DNA from: Candidatus Krumholzibacteriia bacterium
GTDB taxonomy: Bacteria > Krumholzibacteriota > Krumholzibacteriia > JAJRXK01
DNA length: 64,000 nt
NCBI GenBank assembly: GCA_041484665.1
Contig: JBGPIA010000009.1
Location: 1 to 64,000, forward strand
Direction of reading: 5' to 3'
The position numbers were made by a program, and so were the translations under genes. Positions 9,566 through 18,696 of this stretch are shown one piece after another; positions within the stretch are counted from its first letter, which is position 1, and each line of letters begins with the position of its first letter. The notes under the pieces were generated by a model, which saw only the letters and a list, made by a program, of their open reading frames with translations, had not been told where the DNA came from and did no database searches.

Positions 9566-10291
9566 ATGAGGTTCCTCGATCGCCTCCCCAGGGCGCGGCG
9601 GAAGCATGCGCTGGTCCGGAGGACAGCCGCGTTCACCCGGCTGCAGGCGAAGCTGATGGTCATGATGCTGGTCGTGCCGCTGGCGGCGCCGGCGGGAGCA
9701 CAGATCACCTTCCACTTCGACGACGCGCAGGGACGCAACCAGGTCGAGTTCCAATCCAAGACGCCGCTGGAGACCTTCGAGGGCAAGACCTCCCGCCTGA
9801 CGGGCAGCGTCTCCTTCGATCCCGCCGATGTCAGCACGATGACCGGGCGGCTGGCAGTCGACCTGGCGAGTCTCGACACGGGCATCGGCCTGCGCGACTC
9901 CCACATGCGCGGACAGGTGCTGCACTGCGAGAAGTACCCGGAGGCCGTGCTGGCGATCACGTCGGTGCTGACCAGCGGCTCGCCTGCGCTGCAGAACGGC
10001 CAACCGATGACGGCCAAGGTCCTGGGAGACCTCACCCTGCACGGAGTGACGAAGCCCGTCACGGCCGACGTCGTCGCCACCTGGAGACAGGCATCGTCCG
10101 AGACGGCCAAGCGCGGCCCCGGCGACCTGCTGGACGTGGAGGCGCGCTTTGCCGTCAAGCTCTCGGAGTTCGGGATGCCGCGGCCTCAGATGCTGGTCAT
10201 GAAGGTCAGCGACGAGATCCGCCTGACCATCCGGGCCACGGCGAGCTCCGTGAAGCCCGCGGAGCCCGCGCAGCCGCAGCCGGGCCGCTGA
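9566..10291 (+). CDS. YceI family polyisoprenoid-binding secreted protein
   Basis: VDLASLDTGIGLRDSHMR, EKYP and GDLTLHGVTKPV motifs; signal-like MLVVPLAAPAGA. The true start may be nearer 9656. Confidence 0.88.
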   Translation: MRFLDRLPRARRKHALVRRTAAFTRLQAKLMVMMLVVPLAAPAGAQITFHFDDAQGRNQVEFQSKTPLETFEGKTSRLTGSVSFDPADVSTMTGRLAVDLASLDTGIGLRDSHMRGQVLHCEKYPEAVLAITSVLTSGSPALQNGQPMTAKVLGDLTLHGVTKPVTADVVATWRQASSETAKRGPGDLLDVEARFAVKLSEFGMPRPQMLVMKVSDEIRLTIRATASSVKPAEPAQPQPGR

Positions 10292-10469
10292 CGCAGCCGA
10301 CGGCCCCAGCCTGACCCAGCGCGGCGCGAGCGGCAGACGCAGCAACACACCGGGGCACAGACGCAGCGCAAAGCGACCGCCGGTTGCAGCAGGAGGCGGG
10401 AGTGTCACGCTCCCGCCCGGGCCCGGCGTCCGCGCGCGTCTCGCGCGGACGCGCGGGGCGGCCGGTGCG

Positions 10470-12245
10470 TTACTCGCCCACCACGCGTAGCGTGATCCCC
10501 CAAGCCATCGGGTCGCGGGGGCGCTCCGCGTTCCAGTCGCCGAAGGCGTGGGAGTCGTCGGTGACGTAATGGGCCACGTAGGTTCCGGCGGGCAGCAGGA
10601 TCTCGTCCTGCGCCATGCGGTTCTTGAGGGCACCGCCCGCGGGGCGCGTGTCGTCGTCGGTCATTTCCCATACGGTCTTTCCCGAGCGCTCGTCGACGAT
10701 CCAGCCGTAGTCGGCCATGTCACCGTGGGCGCTCTCGCCCAGAGCGTAGACCGCCACGCGCGTCGGCTTGTCGAGCACGAAACGCTGGCGGCGGTCCTGC
10801 GACGAGCCCACGCGCACCAGCTCCACGAGCACGTCGGCGGACTTCCGCATCTCGCTGGCGTCGATCGGCTTGAGGTCGCCCGGTGCCATCTGCGGGCCGG
10901 GAAGGACCGCCAGACCCCAGGATTCGGGCTGGAACGGCGCGCCCGCGTTCCATTTGCGGTACGAGTGGGAGTCGTCGCTCACGTAGGCCGCCACGTACTC
11001 CCCGGCGGGCAGGTGCACCACGCTCTCGAACATCCGGTTCTTCTCGGCGCCGCCGGCGTGGATGGTGTTCCGCTCGGTCATCTCCCAGATGGTCTTGCCG
11101 GTCCGGGCGTCGGCGATCCAGCCGTAGTCGGCGAACTCCTGACGCCCCAGGCCGAACTCGCCCACCGCGCGCACGTGCAGGTCGCACTCCTTGGCCAGTC
11201 GGAACGCCTGCTCGCGGTACTGGCCGTCACCCACGCGCGTCAGGTCGACGAGCGCCTGCCGCGGCTGGGGGTCGTAGGTATGGAACGCCGTGGCGTCGAA
11301 GCCCGCGCCCGGTAGCAGCATGATGCCCCAGTTCAGGGGATCGGCCGGTGGATTCTGGTTGAACACCGGATAGGAGTGGCTGTCGTCGGTGCCGAAGCAC
11401 GCGAGGTAATCGCCGGCCTCCAGCTGGACTTCATCGTTGCAGAGGCGGTTCTTCGTCGAGCCGCCGGCACGCTTGGTGTTCCACACATCCATCTCCCACA
11501 CGCGCTTGCCGGTGGCGGCGTCCTGGATCCAGCCGTAATCGGCGGGGAGCTTGGCACGGCGGACCTGCTCCAGAACCGCGTAGACACGCACGCTCATGGG
11601 CTTGTCCAGGCGCAACCCCTTCTGGACGAACTTCGAGTCCCCCATGCGATTCGCCACGAAAAGCGCCGCGGGCAGCTCGCCGGTCGGGTCGAAGGTCTGA
11701 AGGTCCTGGGGCCCGAGCTCGGTGGAGGACAGCGTGACCTGGCACCCTTCGAGATGGTCCTCGACGTCATACTCAACGTCGCTGCGACGGCCGTCGCGGT
11801 GCAGCGCGCGCGTCAGGCCCTCGACCCAGTTCCAGTCGTTGCTGCCGTCCCGCCCCTCCCGTCCGGACCACTCGTAGCTGCCCGCATAGTAGTAGAGCTC
11901 GTAGCGTCCCGGGTCCAGGGTCAGCGTCTCCTCCACCCGGCGCTGCAGCCGGTCACCGGACACAGCCTCCGTGCTGCCCTCATCCATCTCCCAGACCGGC
12001 CGGCGTGTCCGGCTGTCGATGATCCAGGCGTACGCGGTGAGATCCCCGTGTCGCAGGGGCTGGATCCCGACGGCCGCCACGGTGACCTTGCCGGCGCGGG
12101 TGAGCTCGAAGCCGGCGGCGTGGACCGTGTCTTTGCGGGGGTGGTCGATCGAGACGAGGGTCGCGGCGGAGCCCAGCGACCCCCCGCCGAACAGAGCGAG
12201 CTGGGTGAGGGCTAGGGTGGCCCTCACGAGGATCCGAGTGCGCAT
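10470..12245 (-). CDS. Secreted protein of four tandem ~125-aa beta-rich repeats, function unknown, 591 aa
   Basis: Signal peptide, then repeats with DYGWI.D..TG..VWEM...AGG..KNR...L.AG.Y...DDSH...P..WG; the first copy is degenerate. Confidence 0.85.
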   Translation of the reverse strand: MRTRILVRATLALTQLALFGGGSLGSAATLVSIDHPRKDTVHAAGFELTRAGKVTVAAVGIQPLRHGDLTAYAWIIDSRTRRPVWEMDEGSTEAVSGDRLQRRVEETLTLDPGRYELYYYAGSYEWSGREGRDGSNDWNWVEGLTRALHRDGRRSDVEYDVEDHLEGCQVTLSSTELGPQDLQTFDPTGELPAALFVANRMGDSKFVQKGLRLDKPMSVRVYAVLEQVRRAKLPADYGWIQDAATGKRVWEMDVWNTKRAGGSTKNRLCNDEVQLEAGDYLACFGTDDSHSYPVFNQNPPADPLNWGIMLLPGAGFDATAFHTYDPQPRQALVDLTRVGDGQYREQAFRLAKECDLHVRAVGEFGLGRQEFADYGWIADARTGKTIWEMTERNTIHAGGAEKNRMFESVVHLPAGEYVAAYVSDDSHSYRKWNAGAPFQPESWGLAVLPGPQMAPGDLKPIDASEMRKSADVLVELVRVGSSQDRRQRFVLDKPTRVAVYALGESAHGDMADYGWIVDERSGKTVWEMTDDDTRPAGGALKNRMAQDEILLPAGTYVAHYVTDDSHAFGDWNAERPRDPMAWGITLRVVGE

Positions 12246-12635
12246 TCCCGATCACCGTCCTGCAGGGGGTAGCGGCGCGGACGGCCGCAGCGGCGCCCGC
12301 GTCCGGACGTGGCCCGGCGATTTCCGGCGGCGTCCGGTGCCTCGTGTAGGGTCTGGAATCATCGTGCCGAGGTTTCGCGGCCAGGGCGTCACCACCGCAC
12401 CCGGCTTCACGCCCACCCTGGCCGCGATTGTCAGCAGCGCGTCTGCACCATTCGACGCGCCGGGCGGCGAAAAGGTTCCGTCCGGCCTGCCGGCCAGGGC
12501 GGCGGTCGCTGCGGCGCTCCAGGTCCAGCCTCCCGCGCCGCGTGGCGGCGCAGGGTGGGCGTGACGGGCGGCGCCTGCACCGGTGGCGTGGGGAACACGG
12601 CGGCGCTTCGCGCGACAATCCAGGGGGCGGGCCAG

Positions 12636-12740
12636 TTGTCCGGGGCTGTCGACCTATGCTACCCTCGCACTGACCGCTTCCTTTACCGACGGAGCCCCAA
12701 CACCTACCGACGGAGCCGCACCACCCGCCACCCGCCACCC
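12636..12740 (+). promoter_or_regulatory. Putative promoter and direct-repeat operator of the cohesin-dockerin operon
   Basis: TTGTCC (12636) -18 bp- TACCCT (12660) with an extended TG; TACCGACGGAGCC at 12684-12696 and 12705-12717; about three CCACCCG units at 12721-12740. Confidence 0.4.
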
Positions 12741-12827
12741 ATCACCGGTCTCGATCCAGAACCGGCGCGTTCGTGAGGCCTTGGGGCGGCTTGGAGCTTT
12801 GCCCCCACCACGCGCCCGAGGAGGCTC

Positions 12828-13823
12828 ATGAGGCGTCGTCAGCTCCACAGCGGACTGCAGCGCGCGCTGGTCGGCTTGTGGATCGCGATCGGGACGGCAG
12901 GGGCGCTCCCGGGGCCGGCGCGCGGCCAGAGCGCGCCGGCCGTGCCGGAGGATCCGGCTGCTTTCCCGCGTGAGCGCATCCTCGAGTCCGAGCAAACAGC
13001 GCGCGCCTGGATGACGGCCGCGGCTGCCGCAGCGCAGGAGCGCGCAGCGCAGCGCCAGCGGACGCAGGCGGCGCAATCCAAGGGCACGGCGGAGGCGCTG
13101 CTCGCACGCGGCGAGCCCTTGAGCGTTCCCGTGCTCGCCGCCTCGGGGGCAGCGCGGGCGGTCATCACGTACACGCGCCCTTCACCTCGGGCAGGCCTGC
13201 AGGCGACCGCGGAGATCCTCGGTAGCGGCGGGCAGGCGGGACGCAGCTTCGCCGTGGTGCCGTTTCGTGATTTCCTCGTGAGCGAGGACGGCTCCTCGCT
13301 CGTCGCGGTCGGCAACGACCTGGGCTTCGTGCTCACCGACGGCGACCTGTCGCTGCGCCTGGTGTTCTACGACGGGTCCGGGCGGGAGGTCGGACGTGAC
13401 GAGGGCACCGATCTCTCCCCGATCCGCTCGCTGGTCCTGCTCGACCGCAATCGCATCCTCGTCGTCGGCATCCCCGGGCGGGTCCTTGCCTACCGGCTCG
13501 CCGACGGCACGCGGACGTGGACGGTGGCAACCCAGCCGGATTGGGTTTCCAACGTCACGCTGCTGCCCGGCGAGCAGCGCATCGCGGTGGTGAGCGCCCG
13601 CGCCAGCGCCGCACGCCTCCTGCTGTTGGACCCCTCCGGTCAGACCATCGCCGTTCGGCCCTACGCCGGCCGCATCGAGGGGTCCGGCCGGATCAGCGCG
13701 TCCGCCGACGGGAGCCTGCTCGCGCTGGAGGACGTGGTGGGCGCCGGTGCGCAGGGTGGCGGGTCCGTGGTCCACCGGATCCTGGACGCGCAGAGCGGGG
13801 AGGTGCTCCGTGAGCTGCGCTGA
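12828..13823 (+). CDS. Secreted hypothetical protein with partial beta-propeller (PQQ/WD-like blades); gene 1 of the operon
   Basis: GAGGAGG RBS; signal peptide ending ARG-Q; blade-like segments VSEDGSSLVAVG, YRLADGTRTW, SADGSLLAL, LDAQSGEVL. Confidence 0.65.
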   Translation: MRRRQLHSGLQRALVGLWIAIGTAGALPGPARGQSAPAVPEDPAAFPRERILESEQTARAWMTAAAAAAQERAAQRQRTQAAQSKGTAEALLARGEPLSVPVLAASGAARAVITYTRPSPRAGLQATAEILGSGGQAGRSFAVVPFRDFLVSEDGSSLVAVGNDLGFVLTDGDLSLRLVFYDGSGREVGRDEGTDLSPIRSLVLLDRNRILVVGIPGRVLAYRLADGTRTWTVATQPDWVSNVTLLPGEQRIAVVSARASAARLLLLDPSGQTIAVRPYAGRIEGSGRISASADGSLLALEDVVGAGAQGGGSVVHRILDAQSGEVLRELR

Positions 13824-15981
13824 CAGCATCCGGTCGTGGCGCTTCTTCGCGGGACCACCGCCCTGGCCGTTGCGGTTCTCGCCAGCCCTCGTGATCCCCT
13901 GGCTGCTGTGCCCGTCGCTCGGGGAGGCCCAGCTGACGTTTCCCGTGCCCTATCCCAACGCCGCCTCTCGCATCGAGGCCGCCAGCTTCATGGAGGACCA
14001 CGGCAGCTGGCACGCCGGGTGCGACCTGCCGCGCACCGCCACGGATTCGACGGTGGTCGGCGCCCGCACCGCCACGGTCGACAACATCATGACGTCGGTC
14101 GGCTTCAACAATCTGTCGATCATCCGCAACGAGAACTCCGCGCGCGTGGGGCCCTGGTCGGTCAAGGTGAACTCGGGCGGCACGCTCCATATGCTGGACA
14201 TCTTGAAGGTGCGGCGCGTCACGCCGGCCAAGCCGGTCATCACCTACACCGTGCTCACGGTAAACGAGTCGCCGGCGAACTCGGGCAATAGCGACGGAAC
14301 GGTGCTGCTCGTGGTGGGCTCGCCTACGGCTGGCGACGCGATCGTGGTGGGAGACGTGCTGGCGGTGGACTACGCATTCTACGGCGGTCAAGTCCAGCAG
14401 ATCGTGGCGCAGGCGGCCGGCCCGCCCGTTGAGTACGACTGGTACGCCCACCTGGAGAAAGTCTACACGTACGTCGCCTGGCGCGGCTATCCCGCCACCG
14501 CCGCCAATCGCATGTACGCCCAGACCAGCCCTGCGCCGCCCGCCGAGCGCGCGGCCCACAGCGTGACGAATGCCGTCGCGTTCGCCAATATCCAACAGGG
14601 CGCCAGCTATGGCACGGAGCCGCTGCACGTGCACTACACCCTCAGCCAGACCCTGAACACCCCGGCCAGCGCCATGAACCCCCTCAGTGGCCGGTTCGGC
14701 GCGATCAACGATCCCCAGAACAACCGCCCGCTGGTGCGTGCCTTCGCCTTGCGGCGCTCGGGGACCAATACGTTGCTCAATGGCAAGCCGCTGTTCGGTG
14801 ACATCGATGTCTTCCTCGAGGCGCGCGACAACATGGGCGCCACCGAGCAGGCGCCCGACGGCGACGCCAACAACATCCGCGAGGCCGGCGTCTACAACGC
14901 GGGCTACTACCTCGATCCGATCATGCACGGCGTTTCGATCCTGGGCACGCAGGCCAAACCGCTGATGATCATCATGTCGTCGACCGGCATCGATACGACG
15001 CCGCCGGGATCGACGGTCGCGGTCGCCCTCGATCCGCAGTTCCGCATCGACATCAACACCAATTATGACGTGTGGGTATCCCACGTGAACGCCAACGCCA
15101 CGCGACTGTGGCGGACCAATGCCTGGGGCTTCGATCCGGCCGGTTTTCCCGATGGAACGAACAAGACGACCACCAACGTCAACATGGACGTCCTGTTCCC
15201 CGATGGCGTCTACAAGGTAGGGGGCCGGGCACGGGACCAGGTCGGCTTCGGGACCGACAAGGACACGCTGGTGACCGTCGACAACTTCCGTCCCTACGTG
15301 CGGAAGGTCACGGTCACCCAGCAAGGCCTGCCGATCTACATCGCGTCGTGGGAGCTCGCCAGCAACAAGCTGGACCTGATCGCGCCCCTGCTCAAGGACC
15401 GCCAGCTCGGGTTCGCGACCGGGAACATCCCGATCGTGTTCAAGGTCATCGTCAGCGAGAGCGTGGCCCTGGACACCACGGTTGCGTTCCTGGGGTCGAC
15501 CGCGTTCACGCCGCCCGGGTCGCCCAAGACCTACCAGATCCGCTTCGACCCGGCGAGCGCTCTGAAGTACGATCCGCAGGGAGGCGGCGCGACGAGCGGA
15601 GCCGATCTGATCGCCATCCAGATCGATTCGCTGGCCACCACATTCAAACACCTGGACACCCTGTGCGGATCAGCGACCATCGCCAGCCCGGCCGGAGTCG
15701 GGCTGCCGACCTACGACGGTGACGCGGTGCTGGTGGTGGACCTGGAGGATCTGTCGCACGACGGCACGGGGCCGGCGGGCGGTGGCGCAGGCAACCGACT
15801 GCTCCAGATGGATTTCACCGATTACGTGGCGGCCGCCAACCAGATCGACCCTTCCACGCTGCTGACGCGCAACTCGGCCACGGGCGCCATGCGCGGGACA
15901 CCCGGTGCCGACAAGGTCCACCGCTTCCGGATCGACACGCAGGCGACCAAGATCCAGATCACGACGGAGCAGGCGCCATGA
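13810..15981 (+). CDS. Secreted M23 (LytM-like) metallopeptidase-domain protein with a large internal insertion and C-terminal beta-sandwich domains; gene 2
   Basis: GTG at 13810 after GGAGG, overlapping gene 1 by 14 bp; signal-like N-terminus; HAGCD (HxxxD), WYAHL, LHVHY (HxH) and MNPL in canonical M23 order. Confidence 0.7.
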   Translation: MSCADSIRSWRFFAGPPPWPLRFSPALVIPWLLCPSLGEAQLTFPVPYPNAASRIEAASFMEDHGSWHAGCDLPRTATDSTVVGARTATVDNIMTSVGFNNLSIIRNENSARVGPWSVKVNSGGTLHMLDILKVRRVTPAKPVITYTVLTVNESPANSGNSDGTVLLVVGSPTAGDAIVVGDVLAVDYAFYGGQVQQIVAQAAGPPVEYDWYAHLEKVYTYVAWRGYPATAANRMYAQTSPAPPAERAAHSVTNAVAFANIQQGASYGTEPLHVHYTLSQTLNTPASAMNPLSGRFGAINDPQNNRPLVRAFALRRSGTNTLLNGKPLFGDIDVFLEARDNMGATEQAPDGDANNIREAGVYNAGYYLDPIMHGVSILGTQAKPLMIIMSSTGIDTTPPGSTVAVALDPQFRIDINTNYDVWVSHVNANATRLWRTNAWGFDPAGFPDGTNKTTTNVNMDVLFPDGVYKVGGRARDQVGFGTDKDTLVTVDNFRPYVRKVTVTQQGLPIYIASWELASNKLDLIAPLLKDRQLGFATGNIPIVFKVIVSESVALDTTVAFLGSTAFTPPGSPKTYQIRFDPASALKYDPQGGGATSGADLIAIQIDSLATTFKHLDTLCGSATIASPAGVGLPTYDGDAVLVVDLEDLSHDGTGPAGGGAGNRLLQMDFTDYVAAANQIDPSTLLTRNSATGAMRGTPGADKVHRFRIDTQATKIQITTEQAP

Positions 15982-17792
15982 GCAGGACGCGAGCGGCTCT
16001 CGTCGCACTGCTGACGTCCGCGCTCGCTGCGGCGTCCCTGCTCTGGCCTGCACAGGCCTTCGCCCAGCTCCTGGGCGACGGCAACGCGGACGGCGCCGTT
16101 GACTTCCACGATGCCGAGCATATCGCCGACTTCGCGTTCGGCTACATCGCGTTCGTGAACAATCCGGCCAATGCCGATGTGAACCGTGACGGGATCGTCG
16201 ACGTGCGAGACGCGCTGGCGATCGGGCAGGCAGGAGTGACGCCGCTGATCCTGTTCACCAATCCGTCATCCAATGACGCGGTGGTCAACGACTCCACGGT
16301 GGTGGTGAAGGGCGTCGTGCTGGTGCACTCGCTCACCAGCATCAGCGCGTTCACCATCAACGGCAGTCCGGTCGCGCTCAACAACGGAGCGTTCGCCCAG
16401 CAGATCCAGCTCGTCGGCGGCCAGAACATCGTCACCGCCAGCGCGACGGAGGCCATCTTCGGGCAGAATAGCCAGCGCCAGCTGCGTATCCACTACCTGA
16501 AAGTGAGCAGCCTGTCCGTTCCGCGCGGCCGCCCGGGCGACACGGTGACGATCAACGGCGCCGGGTTCGACCCGGCGCCAGGCAAGATGTTCGTGTTCTT
16601 CTATCCGAGCAAGCCCGCGACCATCAACAGCCTCACCGCCACCACCATCCAGGTGACGATCCCCAACGACGTCGGCACGTTGAAGCCGGGCGAGGACGGG
16701 ATCACGGTGGTGCGCAAGGCCAAGAACGGCAACCTGGTGCCGACGAAGAAACCGGCCGCCTTCTTCCCGCGGCGCCACGAGCAGATCCAGAACCACGCCA
16801 TCGATCCCGACTCGGTGAAGACGGTGCAGCAATGCACCGCAGCGGGCGGCCAGATGATCAACGGCTTCTGCATCCGGCGCATCGCCATGCGGCCGAACCT
16901 GAACGCGACGGGCGGCTTGCAAGGGCTCGCTACGGTTGCCCCGCCCACCAACGTCACGAGCACGCCGGCCATCGTGCCGGCGCAGGCGGGCAGCAGCCCC
17001 GGGCTGGCCGAGATCGAAATGGACACCGGCTGGTTCTACACCGAGAGCTACTACGCGTCGGATGCGATCGTGCAGGGAACGTTCCCGCTGCTGGCCGGCG
17101 TGCTGGCCGCAGACTTCACCCATACGCCCATTGGTACTGGTTCCTACGACGTCACGACCATCCTCGACGATCGCAATCCTGCGCCGCTGATCTACCTGCA
17201 GAATCCGCCGGACGGACTGCAGACCCAGGCGGCGTCCATCAGCGTCTACGGAAGCGTCAACAACAGCTCGGTCACGATCCAGAATCAGTCGATCCCGTAC
17301 ACGATCACCGTCGGAACGAACATCACGTACTTCCAGGCGAACGTGCCGCTCAAGGTCGGCGCAAACACCATTGTCGTCACGGCCACGGACGCGCTGAACC
17401 GGACCGCGACCGCCACCCGGACCGTGACCCGCATCCCGCTCGTGACGATCAAGTACCGCATCCAGGAGCTCGAGCCCCAGATCACCCCGGGCGGCGCCGA
17501 TCCCGACCCTGCGAAGAAGAACGCCTCGGGGATCAACCTCGCAAGCCTGCTCATCCTGCTCAACGGCAACACGGTTCCGATGAGCTCGCTGGTGTTCAAG
17601 GACAACGAGGCGGGCAGCGTCGCGTTCGATCCGGGCGATCTCAGCGTGAAGCGCTACGACGTGACGGTGGAATTCAAGCCGGGGATCACCGAGCTCAACA
17701 ATGGGCTCAACTCGACGCTGGCATCGTGCCGCGACAATGCCGGCAATCAGATGATGGCGCCGGAGGTGGCGAGCTTCAATGCGAACTACTAG
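15978..17792 (+). CDS. Secreted protein with N-terminal dockerin-like domain plus Ig-like and IPT/TIG domains, 604 aa; gene 3
   Basis: Signal peptide AFA-Q; duplicated Ca-loops GDGNADGAVDFHDA and ADVNRDGIVDVRDA; GRPGDTVTINGAGF (IPT); L..G.N.I.V.A Ig-like modules; ATGA overlap. Confidence 0.8.
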   Translation: MSRTRAALVALLTSALAAASLLWPAQAFAQLLGDGNADGAVDFHDAEHIADFAFGYIAFVNNPANADVNRDGIVDVRDALAIGQAGVTPLILFTNPSSNDAVVNDSTVVVKGVVLVHSLTSISAFTINGSPVALNNGAFAQQIQLVGGQNIVTASATEAIFGQNSQRQLRIHYLKVSSLSVPRGRPGDTVTINGAGFDPAPGKMFVFFYPSKPATINSLTATTIQVTIPNDVGTLKPGEDGITVVRKAKNGNLVPTKKPAAFFPRRHEQIQNHAIDPDSVKTVQQCTAAGGQMINGFCIRRIAMRPNLNATGGLQGLATVAPPTNVTSTPAIVPAQAGSSPGLAEIEMDTGWFYTESYYASDAIVQGTFPLLAGVLAADFTHTPIGTGSYDVTTILDDRNPAPLIYLQNPPDGLQTQAASISVYGSVNNSSVTIQNQSIPYTITVGTNITYFQANVPLKVGANTIVVTATDALNRTATATRTVTRIPLVTIKYRIQELEPQITPGGADPDPAKKNASGINLASLLILLNGNTVPMSSLVFKDNEAGSVAFDPGDLSVKRYDVTVEFKPGITELNNGLNSTLASCRDNAGNQMMAPEVASFNANY

Positions 17793-18696
17793 CAGCCACA
17801 GCGCTGTCCGGTCCGCACTCGCGCTGCTCCTGACGATCAGCGCGGTGCTGGCGACGGCGCTCCCGATCGTGGGTCGCGCGCGCGCGGCGCAGCCGGGCGC
17901 CCTGCCAGCGGCCCACCCGGCCCACAATGACGGGCGCGTTCTGCAGCTCGACGCCGCGGACCGACTGGCGGCCGTGATGGAGGCTGCGACAGCGCCCGGG
18001 CTGGACGCCGTCTCCGTGCTGAGCCAAGCGGCCATGGACGCCGACCCCTGGGTGCAGTCCACGGCGATCGTGGCCTTGGGAGAGCGTAGCGCCAACGCGC
18101 AAGAGCGGCAGGCCGCAGCGCAGGGCTTGCAGTCTCCACTGGGGTCTGCCGATCCGAGGGCGCGCGAGATGGCAGCGGTGGCCGCAGGACGCCTGGGCGC
18201 CGTGGAGCTCGTCGAGTTGCTTCTGCCACTGGCAGCAGACCCCGAGCCGCGCGTGGTGTCGCAGGCGCTGGCGGCGCTGGCGGCGCTGCGGGACGTGCGA
18301 GGGATCCCCGCCGCGACGCAAGCGCTCGCGCTCGCCGACGAGGGCGTGCGCCAGCGCGCTCTGCTCACGCTCGCCACGCTGGGGAGCGGCGCAGCCACCA
18401 GCCCGGCTGCGCAGGGCACCGGCACGGCCTTGCCTTACGATCCCACGGTGCTTGCGCGGGAGCTCGACCGTGCGGTGGGAGCCGTGACCGAGCTGGCGCA
18501 CGACCCTGGCGCTTCCACCGTCGTCCGCCAGCACGCCGTCCTCACCCTGGGCGCGCTCGCCGCGCCCTCCGCGCGCGCGGCACTCGACGCGATCGCGAAC
18601 GGTGCCGACCCGCTGCTGGCGGCCCAGGCCCGGCTGGCCCTGGCGCGTTCGGGCATCCCGCCGCGGATGCCGAACGCTCAGGAGGAACAGCCATGA
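17779..18696 (+). CDS. HEAT-repeat protein with signal peptide or membrane anchor, 305 aa; gene 4
   Basis: Repeats DADPWVQSTAIVALG, SADPRAREMAAVAAG, DPEPRVVSQALAAL and DEGVRQRALLTL; hydrophobic N-terminus ending ARA-A. Confidence 0.8.
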   Translation: MRTTSSHSAVRSALALLLTISAVLATALPIVGRARAAQPGALPAAHPAHNDGRVLQLDAADRLAAVMEAATAPGLDAVSVLSQAAMDADPWVQSTAIVALGERSANAQERQAAAQGLQSPLGSADPRAREMAAVAAGRLGAVELVELLLPLAADPEPRVVSQALAALAALRDVRGIPAATQALALADEGVRQRALLTLATLGSGAATSPAAQGTGTALPYDPTVLARELDRAVGAVTELAHDPGASTVVRQHAVLTLGALAAPSARAALDAIANGADPLLAAQARLALARSGIPPRMPNAQEEQP

